Shown piece after piece: positions 14,979 through 23,024 of a DNA stretch of 64,000 nucleotides. Each line of letters opens with the position of its first letter. Position 1 is the first letter of the stretch. The position numbers and the translations under genes are program-made. The notes beneath the pieces are model-generated. The model saw nothing but the letters and a program-made list of their open reading frames with translations. It did no database searches and was not told the origin of the DNA. This stretch comes from an uncultured Clostridia bacterium (lineage in GTDB: Bacteria; Bacillota; Clostridia; Christensenellales; CAG-314), in assembly GCA_947586855.1 (NCBI GenBank), contig CANPXV010000001.1, positions 81,350 to 145,349 of the forward strand, read 5' to 3'.

Positions 14979-16799
14979 CTACCGCCTGAGCTTGGCCACC
15001 ACAATGCGGTCGTTGCCGCCGTAGTCCTTGGATACCTGCACCTCGAAGCTATCGGCAAGCAGTTTGGACACGTCCTCGCCCTGATCGTAGCCGATTTCCA
15101 GCACAAGCACGCCGCCATTTGCCAGATGTTTGGGCGTTTCCTCCGCCAAAATGCGGTAAAAATCCAGCCCGTCGGCGCCGCCGTCCAAAGCCTCTTCCGG
15201 CTCGAACAGCCTCACGCTGTCGTCCAGAGTGGCCATATCCGCCGCCCTGATGTAGGGCGGGTTGCACACGATGACGTCGTAGCTGCCGTGCACGTCCTGG
15301 AACATGTTGGTGCTGACTATCTTCGCCTTGACGTTGTTGCGCTTGGCATTGCGCTTGGCCATGGCCAGAGGGGCGGGAAAGCGATCGGCAAGGGTAACCT
15401 TGCAGCCCTTTTCGCAAGAGGCCGTGATGCCCAGCACGCCGCTGCCGCAGCACATATCCAGCAGATTGGTATCCTTGTTGACGTATTTGAGCAGTTGCTC
15501 GCACACCAGCTCCGTTTCCAGACGGGGGATGAACACCATTTCATTCAGCTCAAAATCCCGCCCGTAAAACTGCGTGCGATTGACGGCATATTGCCAAGGC
15601 TCGCCGCTGTCCAGCTCGAAGGCGATTTTGTCCAGACGTATCGTCCAGCTGAAAGGTATCTTCACCTTGGGGTTGGACAGGTCGCTTTTGCCCAGATTGA
15701 GTATGGCGCAAAGCAGCCAATCCACGTCTCCCTTGACGCTATCCACCAACTTGGGGCACTTGGCCACCAGCTGACTGCGGAACTCGGCAAGGCCGATCGG
15801 TTGCGGAAAATGCTCCTCCGGCAATGTGGGGTCGGCGTCCATTTCCAGCACCTTGTTGAAGGCGGCAATTGCCACCAGGCACATCTCGTAGTCCGGCTCT
15901 CGGGTGGTGAGCTTCTGGAATTGCTTGCCCAGCCACTTCAACGGGCGAAACAGCACAAAATTGCTGCGTGCAAGCAACATCAGCACCTCGTAGCTGATAC
16001 CGGCTGTAAGGGGCAACAGCGCCAATTTGAGCAGCACCCTAAGCCACCAATTGCCGTCCGCCAAAAACAGCGTCCAGCCGCAAGCAGCGCACACCACGTC
16101 CAGCACCATCATCAGCACCACCGACAGCACCACCACAAACACGATGAAGCTTGTGCCGCAGCGGTCGTGATAGCGGCTGCACTTGCGGACATTTTCCACA
16201 GTCAGGTCCAGCCCCGCCTCGTAGCAGGCGATGGTTTTGTGCTCTGCCCCGTGGTACATAAACACCCGTTTGATATCCTTCATGCAGGAAATTGCCGCCA
16301 TATAGGCCGTAAGGACGCCGATTTTAAGCACGCCCTCCAACAGCGATTTGAGCCAGGCCCAGCGCAGATCCTCGGTGCCGATGCCCGCCACACTGAAAAT
16401 GCCCTTGGTGATATAGGTGGGGATGAGAATGAACAACGCCACCGCCAACAGCAATCCCATCAGCGTGGAGACAAACATCATCCAGCCCATGCCGTTGCCG
16501 TCGCCCTTGGTATCCACGTCCTCCACCATCACTTCGGCGCTTTTGCCGATGATTTTGACGCCCGACACCATCGAAATAAACAGGTTTACCACGCCCCGCA
16601 AAAATGGCACACGCCTGTACCAGGGCTTTTTGCTCGGCAGGCGGGTGGTATCCAGGCGAATGGTGCCCGTTTCGTCCAGGCAGGCCAACGCCATGCTGCT
16701 TTCGCCGCGCATCATGACGCCTTCCAACACGGCCTGACCGCCTATTTTAGTTTTACGTACCGATGTGGGACACACGTCGGCCTGATTTTTTTTACTCAT
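14979..16799 (-). CDS. prmC: fusion protein: N-terminal DUF1385 (YqhQ-like) membrane domain plus C-terminal release-factor glutamine methyltransferase PrmC
   Basis: N-terminus reads IGGQAVLEGVMMRG..FLRGVVNL followed by several TM helices. C-terminus reads PWQYAVNRTQFYG..IPRLETE, DMCCGSGVLG and the NPPY motif. Confidence 0.9.
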   Translation of the reverse strand: MSKKNQADVCPTSVRKTKIGGQAVLEGVMMRGESSMALACLDETGTIRLDTTRLPSKKPWYRRVPFLRGVVNLFISMVSGVKIIGKSAEVMVEDVDTKGDGNGMGWMMFVSTLMGLLLAVALFILIPTYITKGIFSVAGIGTEDLRWAWLKSLLEGVLKIGVLTAYMAAISCMKDIKRVFMYHGAEHKTIACYEAGLDLTVENVRKCSRYHDRCGTSFIVFVVVLSVVLMMVLDVVCAACGWTLFLADGNWWLRVLLKLALLPLTAGISYEVLMLLARSNFVLFRPLKWLGKQFQKLTTREPDYEMCLVAIAAFNKVLEMDADPTLPEEHFPQPIGLAEFRSQLVAKCPKLVDSVKGDVDWLLCAILNLGKSDLSNPKVKIPFSWTIRLDKIAFELDSGEPWQYAVNRTQFYGRDFELNEMVFIPRLETELVCEQLLKYVNKDTNLLDMCCGSGVLGITASCEKGCKVTLADRFPAPLAMAKRNAKRNNVKAKIVSTNMFQDVHGSYDVIVCNPPYIRAADMATLDDSVRLFEPEEALDGGADGLDFYRILAEETPKHLANGGVLVLEIGYDQGEDVSKLLADSFEVQVSKDYGGNDRIVVAKLRR

Positions 16800-16862
16800 A
16801 ATATCTCCATATCGGGCGGGAAACTGCGCCTTGTGCCGCAAGCCCCTACTCCGCTATTGTAT

Positions 16863-16891
16863 AGTATAGCAAAAAACAAACTTTTTTTCAA
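16863..16891 (-). promoter_or_regulatory. candidate promoter of the prmC-prfA unit
   Basis: Minus strand reads TTGAAA, a 17-nt spacer, then TATACT. Confidence 0.4.
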
Positions 16892-17073
16892 CTGTTTTGC
16901 AAGCGGCAAACGACAGGCTCCGTCCGTGCCGCATTTTGGACGGCAGTGCAAAAAGTCTCCTCTTATGCAAAAATACCCAAGCGCATTGTCGCCTGAGTAT
17001 TTTTGTGCGATTTTTCGTTGATGTGCGCAAGACTTATCGGCAAAAAAGAGCTTGCGCCGGACTTTGCCGCCGA

Positions 17074-17919
17074 CTACTTCACCGAGAAAACGGGCAGCAC
17101 GGCACCGTTGTACTGCGAAGAAATGTAGTCGTAGACTTCCTGACTGAACAGCGCTTCCAGCAGAGCCTTTGTTTTTTCCGTCTGCTCGTTGCCACGCTTG
17201 ACGGCGATGACATTGGCGTACAGTTGCGCTGCGTCACCCGAGGCATTTTCCACGGCCAAAGCGTCCTCGCTTGCGCTGAGACCCGCCTGCAAAGCATAGT
17301 TGCCGTTGATGACGGCCAGCGTTCCGTCGGGAGACTCCGCAAGTTGCGCAGTGATAGTTTCTGCCGCCACCGGGCTGATTTCGTTGCCTTTGTCGTCGGA
17401 AATGTCCTCCACCGTCAAGGTGTCGGTGGGCGTGACGCCCGATCTCAGCACGATAAAGCCCTCATCCTGCAACAAAAACAGCGCACGGGTAAGGTTGCTG
17501 CCGTCGTTGGGCACCAAAATGGTGCGTCCCGTCTTGACAAAACCCGCAGCGGCGTAGTCGGACTTGCTGACCCCTTCGCCGTACAGACCAAACGGTTCGT
17601 AGTGCACCTTGCCCACGGAGACCAAATCGGTGTGATAGTCGTGATTGAATGTGTCGAGGTAGGGCGTGTGTTGGAAGTAGTTGGCGTCCAGACTGCCTTC
17701 GTCCAGCGAGGTGTTGGGCGTGACGTAGTCGTCAAAAACCTTTATTTTCAACTTCCAGCCCTTCTCGGCCAGGTTGTCCTCGATAACCTGCAAAATTTCG
17801 CTGTGCGGCGTCTGACTTGCGCCGACGGTTATGGTGTGAGAGTTGTCGCAAGCGACAAACGCAAACAGCACGGAAAGTGCCAGCAGTGCGACCAAAATCA
17901 CGGTAAACAGTTTTTTCAT
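17074..17919 (-). CDS. metQ: MetQ/NlpA-family methionine-binding lipoprotein
   Basis: Signal peptide with lipobox FVAC. Family resemblance (TITVGASQTPHSEIL, DANYFQHTPYL). Confidence 0.88.
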   Translation of the reverse strand: MKKLFTVILVALLALSVLFAFVACDNSHTITVGASQTPHSEILQVIEDNLAEKGWKLKIKVFDDYVTPNTSLDEGSLDANYFQHTPYLDTFNHDYHTDLVSVGKVHYEPFGLYGEGVSKSDYAAAGFVKTGRTILVPNDGSNLTRALFLLQDEGFIVLRSGVTPTDTLTVEDISDDKGNEISPVAAETITAQLAESPDGTLAVINGNYALQAGLSASEDALAVENASGDAAQLYANVIAVKRGNEQTEKTKALLEALFSQEVYDYISSQYNGAVLPVFSVK

Positions 17920-17969
17920 AATTTTCTCCTTTTATCTTTTTTCGTTGAATTTATTGTGAGGATAGCCGC

Positions 17970-18701
17970 CTAAACCGCAGTTGGGTCGGTATCCGAATTT
18001 TCGTGCAAACGCTTGGATTTTTTGTTCAGGCGGAGGCGCTTGTCCACCTTGCGGGCAACAAACATGCCCAATTCTTGTATCACCTGCACTATCACCACCA
18101 TCAGCGCCACGCACAGCCAGATGACGTCCTGCGCATTGGAGGGGCGTGCCTTTGTGACGGCGATTGCCCCCAGCCCTCCGCCTGCGATGGTGCCGCTCAT
18201 GGCGGAGTAGCCCAAGATGGTGACGGTGGATATGACTGCGCCCACCACCAACGAGGGGCGAGCCTCGGGCAGGTACACCTTCCATATTATCTCGAAGGTG
18301 TTTGCCCCCATCGAGCGGGCCGCCTCGATGACGCCCTTGTCCACCTCTTTGAGGGAGGACTCTACCATGCGGGCCACATAGGGTGCGCTGGCCACCACCA
18401 ACATCAATATCATTGCTCCGTTGCCGATGCTTGTGCCAATCAGCGCACGAGACACGGGGATCAGCGCCACCATAAGTATGATAAAGGGTATGCTGCGGAA
18501 GATATTTACCAATATGCCCAACGTTTTGTTGAGCCAGGTTACGGGCGCAAGGCCGTCCCTATCCGTGACCACCAACACCACGCCGAGGGGCAAACCTATC
18601 ACATAGGCCAGCACCGCCGAGGCCGCCGTCATGTACAGCGTCTCTGCAATGCCCAGCCAAAATCCGCCCGAACTCCAAAGTTGCGTAAACAGTGTGCTCA
18701 T
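17970..18701 (-). CDS. metI: methionine ABC transporter permease
   Basis: Start at MSTLFTQLW (position 18701), overlapping the metN stop. Permease EAA-like region EAARSMGANTFEIIWKVYLPEARP. The 521-aa ORF is a spurious extension. Confidence 0.9.
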   Translation of the reverse strand: MSTLFTQLWSSGGFWLGIAETLYMTAASAVLAYVIGLPLGVVLVVTDRDGLAPVTWLNKTLGILVNIFRSIPFIILMVALIPVSRALIGTSIGNGAMILMLVVASAPYVARMVESSLKEVDKGVIEAARSMGANTFEIIWKVYLPEARPSLVVGAVISTVTILGYSAMSGTIAGGGLGAIAVTKARPSNAQDVIWLCVALMVVIVQVIQELGMFVARKVDKRLRLNKKSKRLHENSDTDPTAV

Positions 18702-19681
18702 ACTTCCTCCCTGTACGAAACATGCTTTTTGTCCAAAAATTGTTTTGCCTGCGCCGCCTTGTCGTCGGGCACGGTAAGCACCATATGCCCAAACGCACGG
18801 CCGTCGATATTTTTTGTGTCGGCATACAAAATGTTGACGGGTATGCGGCACTCCATTGCCAAGGCGGATATTATCGGCTCGTCCGACTGCTCTCCGTTGA
18901 ACACCAGCCGCAGCTTGACGCCCTCGCCGCCATCCAGCGAGCGGATAAGGTTGGGTATGATGAGCTGCTTGGCGATATCCGACTGCGGAAAGCTGAATAC
19001 CTCGCTGACGAGGCCCACCTCTGCAATGCGGCTGTTGTCGATGACGGCAACGTGGGTGCAGATGCTCTCCACCACACGCATTTCGTGCGTGATGACCACC
19101 ACCGTGACGCCCAAACGCCTGTTGATATCCTTGATGAGCTGCAAGATAGCGTCCGTAGTGGTGGGGTCCAATGCGCTTGTGGCCTCGTCGCACAGCACAT
19201 ACTTGGGACGAGTTGCCAACGCACGGGCAATGGCCACGCGCTGTTTTTGTCCGCCCGATAGCTGCGAGGGATAGGCCTTGGCCTTGTCCGACAGGCCCAC
19301 AAGGTCCAACAGCTCGGTCACACGGGCTTCGGCTTGCTCCTTGGGGGTCTTGTCCAGCTCCAACGGAAACCGCACGTTGGCCTCCACAGTGCGCTGCTCC
19401 AACAGGTTGAAGTTCTGAAACACCATGCCGATGTTGCGGCGCAGCTTCAACAGCTGCTTTTTGGACAGGGCCGTCACGTCCTCGCCGTCTATCACCACTT
19501 TGCCGCCCGTGGGGCGCTCCAACATGTTGATACACCTGACCAGCGTGCTTTTGCCCGCACCCGATAGCCCTATCACGCCGAAAATTGCGCCGTCGGGCAC
19601 CGTGAGATCAATGTGCTCCAACGCAACCGTTTCGCCGTCGGGCGAGGGGTAGCTTTTGCTGAGATCCAAAAGTTCTATCAT
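18698..19681 (-). CDS. metN: methionine ABC transporter ATP-binding protein (with a C-terminal NIL-like domain)
   Basis: Walker A GLSGAGKST, signature LSGGQKQR, Walker B YVLCDEATSALD. Confidence 0.93.
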   Translation of the reverse strand: MIELLDLSKSYPSPDGETVALEHIDLTVPDGAIFGVIGLSGAGKSTLVRCINMLERPTGGKVVIDGEDVTALSKKQLLKLRRNIGMVFQNFNLLEQRTVEANVRFPLELDKTPKEQAEARVTELLDLVGLSDKAKAYPSQLSGGQKQRVAIARALATRPKYVLCDEATSALDPTTTDAILQLIKDINRRLGVTVVVITHEMRVVESICTHVAVIDNSRIAEVGLVSEVFSFPQSDIAKQLIIPNLIRSLDGGEGVKLRLVFNGEQSDEPIISALAMECRIPVNILYADTKNIDGRAFGHMVLTVPDDKAAQAKQFLDKKHVSYREEV

Positions 19682-19863
19682 TTGTTTTCCTCAAAACAAC
19701 AAAAAAGCTCGGCTTGTAACCGAGCTAAGCGACAGTGCATTTGCCTCAAAACGCCATGGACAAAAGCCCGCACTTAGTTCGGGTGTTGCACATGCGCATG
19801 ACCATTTTGAGAGATACCTTTTTCATAGTTGCCTCTTGCCGAGAACGCTCGGCGACGATTTAT
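19682..19863 (-). promoter_or_regulatory. approximately 180-nt structured metNIQ leader (attenuator of unclassified type)
   Basis: The leader runs from a promoter to an intrinsic terminator just before the metN SD. It has alternative pairings and an embedded 26-codon Met/Cys-rich mini-ORF (19746-19826). Confidence 0.55.
19701..19726 (-). terminator. intrinsic terminator inside the metN leader
   Basis: Minus strand reads AGCTCGG-ttacaag-CCGAGCT followed by TTTTTTG, 20 nt before the metN ATG. Confidence 0.7.
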
Positions 19864-19869
19864 GCTACC

Positions 19870-19898
19870 ATTGTAGCAGTTGACGGGCGATTCGTCAA
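19870..19898 (-). promoter_or_regulatory. metNIQ promoter
   Basis: Minus strand reads TTGACG, a 17-nt spacer, then TACAAT. Confidence 0.6.
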
Positions 19899-20055
19899 GC
19901 AAATTTTGCCACTTTGTCCCTTTTGTTTGGGCGAGCGAACGGTGCGTTGCGGAGGGAGGGTCGCCTTGTTGCGAAAAATATGCGCAAAAAGCCGTCAAAT
20001 TGCACCAAAAAAGCCCTCAAATTGAACAAAAACGCCGTTTGGACGGGCAAAATCT

Positions 20056-20084
20056 TTGACAGCAGCGGCAATCTGCGCTATAAT
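20056..20084 (+). promoter_or_regulatory. consensus sigma70-type promoter of the yhhQ-like operon
   Basis: TTGACA, a 17-nt spacer, then TATAAT. Confidence 0.65.
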
Positions 20085-20193
20085 CGAACTATGCAATAGG
20101 ATGTTGTCCTTGCCTAAACCATCCGCATTGCACTCGCTTGGCGAGAGGCCCCGCACAATACGCAGGGCGCACTAAAAAACAAGGAGTTTTTTT
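20085..20193 (+). ncRNA. structured 5' leader, possible preQ1-type riboswitch (class not determined)
   Basis: A leader of about 100 nt with hairpins GGATG..CATCC, CTCGC-ttg-GCGAG and GCCC..GGGC. It ends in CACTAAAAAACAAGGAG, which abuts the SD. The downstream gene family is often preQ1-regulated. Confidence 0.3.
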
Positions 20194-20940
20194 ATGAAAA
20201 AAATCAAAAAATTTTTTGACGAATACCGCATTTTGTTGCGGTCAACGCCGTCGGTGGTTGTGTGCGTGTTTGTGCTGTCGGTGTTTGTGATGAATTTGCT
20301 TGCCAACAAAAGTATCAACCTCAATGTGGATTGGCTGGCCCTCGATTGCGGCATAATCGTATCCTGGGTGGCCTTTTTGTGCATGGACGTGCTTACCAAA
20401 CACTTTGGGCCAAAGGCGGCCACGATGTTGTCGTTGTTTGCCATTGCCGTCAATCTGCTGGGCTGTTTGGTGATGTTTGTTGCGGGCACAATCGGGGGAA
20501 CCTGGGGCGCCTTCTACGACTTTGGCGAGCAACCCGTGATAAACGATGCGCTGGACGCCACCATCAGCGGCACCTGGTACGTGGTGATGGGCAGCACGGT
20601 GGCATTTGTGGCCTCCGCCGTGATAAACAACTTTGCCAATTGGGGCGTGGGCAGGCTGTTTTGCAAGCGTCCCGACGGCTTTGGGGCGTATGTGTGCCGC
20701 ACGTATGTGTCCACGGCCGTGGCGCAATTTGCGGATAACCTGATTTTTGCGCTCATCGTCAGTCACTTCTTCTTCGATTGGAGCATTGTGCAGTGCCTCA
20801 CCTGCGCTGCGACGGGCATGGTGGCCGAGCTGCTGTGCGAGGCGATCTTTTCGCCGTTGGGCTTTGCGGTGTGCAGGCATTGGCAGCGGCAAAATGTGGG
20901 CAAACAATATCTTGACTACATATCCGAGGTGGAAAAATGA
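20194..20940 (+). CDS. yhhQ: VUT-family (DUF165, YhhQ-like) queuosine-precursor transporter
   Basis: 248-aa polytopic membrane protein. Resembles E. coli YhhQ around FLCMDVLTKHFGPKAA and STAVAQFADNLIFALIV. Confidence 0.8.
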   Translation: MKKIKKFFDEYRILLRSTPSVVVCVFVLSVFVMNLLANKSINLNVDWLALDCGIIVSWVAFLCMDVLTKHFGPKAATMLSLFAIAVNLLGCLVMFVAGTIGGTWGAFYDFGEQPVINDALDATISGTWYVVMGSTVAFVASAVINNFANWGVGRLFCKRPDGFGAYVCRTYVSTAVAQFADNLIFALIVSHFFFDWSIVQCLTCAATGMVAELLCEAIFSPLGFAVCRHWQRQNVGKQYLDYISEVEK

Positions 20941-21584
20941 AAGTTTTGATAACGGGCAGCAGCAAGGGCATAGGCAGGGCCGTTGCGCTTAGATTTTTGC
21001 AGGAAGGCCACCAAGTGACGGGCATAGACGTGCTGCCGTCGGCCATATCGCACCCGCACTACACCCACGTGACGGCGGATGTGGCTTGCGACCCGCTGCC
21101 GATAATTGACGGCGTGGAGATCCTCGTCAACAATGCGGGCGTGCAAAACAGCGGCAGGGATATAGCCGTCAACTTGCAGGGCGCCATGCGCATAACGGAG
21201 CAATACGGCGTGCAGCCCCACATCAAAAGCGTGGTGTTTGTGGCGTCGGCCAGCGCCAAAACGGGGTCGGAGTTCCCCGAATACGTTGCCTCCAAGGGCG
21301 GGCTGGTCAGCTACATGAAAAACGTTGCCCTGCGCATTGCCGAGTTCGGCGCAACAAGCAACAGCGTCTCCCCCGGGGGCGTCACCACCGACCTCAACGC
21401 ACCTGTGATGTCCGACCCCGACAAATGGGCGCAGATCATGGCGGAAACGCCCCTCAAAAAGTGGGCCTCTGCCGACGAAATTGCACAATGGGTCTACTTT
21501 TTGGCCGTCGTCAACCGCTCTATGACGGCGCAGGACGTCGTTGTGGATAACGGCGAAAGCGCCCGAGCTAAATTTATCTGGTAG
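20937..21584 (+). CDS. short-chain dehydrogenase/reductase family oxidoreductase
   Basis: TGSSKGIG (TGxxxGxG), NNAG, and YVASK (YxxxK). The start overlaps the yhhQ stop (ATGA). Confidence 0.85.
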   Translation: MKVLITGSSKGIGRAVALRFLQEGHQVTGIDVLPSAISHPHYTHVTADVACDPLPIIDGVEILVNNAGVQNSGRDIAVNLQGAMRITEQYGVQPHIKSVVFVASASAKTGSEFPEYVASKGGLVSYMKNVALRIAEFGATSNSVSPGGVTTDLNAPVMSDPDKWAQIMAETPLKKWASADEIAQWVYFLAVVNRSMTAQDVVVDNGESARAKFIW

Positions 21585-21693
21585 CGCCCCACGCCGCCCC
21601 GCCGCTTGCGTGGCACAGCCCATCGACCGCAAAAAAACGGCCGCAATATTGCTTACAAAAAGCGGCGATTTGTAATACCCCCAAAAAAACAGT

Positions 21694-21722
21694 TTGACAT
21701 ATATCTTGCAATAATTTATACT
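21694..21722 (+). promoter_or_regulatory. candidate promoter of the DegV-family gene
   Basis: TTGACA, a 17-nt spacer, then TATACT. Confidence 0.5.
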
Positions 21723-21794
21723 ATTGATGTATATGTTGGCGCAAATCTGCCATAAATCGCCAACTTTTTGCACAAACTGTTACCGGAGATAAAA

Positions 21795-22661
21795 ATGAAA
21801 GACTATTTGTTGTTTATGGACGTGTCGGGCGATGTGGACAAATCCCTTGTGGAGTCGGGCAAGATCGGGCTGATCCCCATGGAGTTTGTCATCAACGGAG
21901 AGATCCACAACTACACCGCCGACGAAAACGGCATGGACGCAGCGGAGTTTTACGACTTTGTGCGGCAAAAACTGCCCATGAGCACCACGCAAATATCCCC
22001 CGCCAAGTGGATGGAGTACTTTGAGCCATATCTGGCGCAGGGCCAAAGCGTGATGTGCCTGTGCCTCAGCAGCGGGCTGTCCAACAGTTACAACTCTGCA
22101 ATGGCCGCCGCCGAGGAGCTTAACAGTCGCTACCCCGACGCCAAGCTGGTGCCGGTGGATTCTCTGCGGGCAACGGGTATCAGCGGACTGATTGCCGAAC
22201 GTATGATCGCCAACAAGGACAACGGCCTTTCGATAGAGGAAAATCTGGCCGATTTGCAGCAATATCGGCACAAAACGCTGGCCTGCGCCTACGTTGACGA
22301 CCTCGACAGTTTGAAGCGGGGCGGCCGCATAAGCAAAACGGTGGCGTTTTTCGGCTCGCTGATGGACATCAAGCCGCTGATCCAGTTTAACGACGACGGC
22401 ACGCTTAGCGTGTGGGGCAAGCAAAAGGGCTATCGCAAGTCCATGGCCAACATGATACAGTACTATCTGGACCGCACCGACACAAGCAAGCTGTGCACCG
22501 TGTATATCACACACGCAAACGACGTCAACTACGCCAACGAGCTGGCCGAAAGGGTGCGCACGGCCAACCCCAATGTGGAGATAAAAATACAGCTGCTGTC
22601 CCCCATTATCGGCGTGCACCTTGGCCCCAGCGCCATGGTTTTGGGCTTTGTCGGCAAGTAA
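21795..22661 (+). CDS. DegV-family fatty-acid-binding protein
   Basis: Start at MKDYLLFMD, with GGAG upstream. Family pattern TTQISPAKW, SSGLSNSYNSA, DSLRATGISGL, RGGRIS. Confidence 0.9.
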   Translation: MKDYLLFMDVSGDVDKSLVESGKIGLIPMEFVINGEIHNYTADENGMDAAEFYDFVRQKLPMSTTQISPAKWMEYFEPYLAQGQSVMCLCLSSGLSNSYNSAMAAAEELNSRYPDAKLVPVDSLRATGISGLIAERMIANKDNGLSIEENLADLQQYRHKTLACAYVDDLDSLKRGGRISKTVAFFGSLMDIKPLIQFNDDGTLSVWGKQKGYRKSMANMIQYYLDRTDTSKLCTVYITHANDVNYANELAERVRTANPNVEIKIQLLSPIIGVHLGPSAMVLGFVGK

Positions 22662-22765
22662 CGATCCCCACCACCGCAACGCCAAATTGCCCTGATGGGG
22701 TGAAGGGTTGAGAAATGGGTGGAGAAAACATTGGCGAACCGAAAAAGTTGATAACAGAAAAAAGG

Positions 22766-22800
22766 AAACGGCGGAGCGAGTGCTCTGCCGTTTGTTGTTG
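22766..22800 (+). terminator. rho-independent terminator after the DegV-family gene
   Basis: AAACGGCGGAGC-gagt-GCTCTGCCGTTT followed by GTTGTTG. Confidence 0.6.
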
Positions 22801-22905
22801 TGATTTAGTGTTGATTTGTGTTTTGTTGTGATTTTATTGATTTTTTTTGTGATTTGTTGAGATTTTATTGATTTTTGATTTGTTTAGATTTTGAGGGTGA
22901 AAAAA
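22801..22905. repeat. T/G-rich low-complexity tract with an imperfect ~30-bp direct repeat
   Basis: TGATTT-type hexamers recur about 10 times. ttgtgattttattgat and ttgagattttattgat recur 30 bp apart. Confidence 0.7.
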
Positions 22906-22948
22906 ACGAGAGCCGCTGCGCTGGTGGGCGCAACGGCGTAGAACTCGT
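22899..22948 (-). terminator. rho-independent terminator after the 2,071-aa lipoprotein gene
   Basis: Minus strand has a long GC hairpin (ACGAG..GCCGTTGCGC-ccacca-GCGCAGCGGC..CTCGT) followed by TTTTTTT. Confidence 0.65.
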
Positions 22949-23024
22949 TTGTAAATTGCAGGGTTGCAAAGCTGATCGCTTGGCAAGCTACGTCAGATTT
23001 GCGAAAGTTGTTCGCTGGTCATGG

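Noticed and set aside
19682-19863. SAM-I (S-box) riboswitch or Met T-box as the identity of the metN leader.
   Set aside because: I could not find the conserved SAM-I core strings or the T-box (..GGGTGGTACCGCG-like) sequence by eye. The leader is left as unclassified pending a covariance-model scan.
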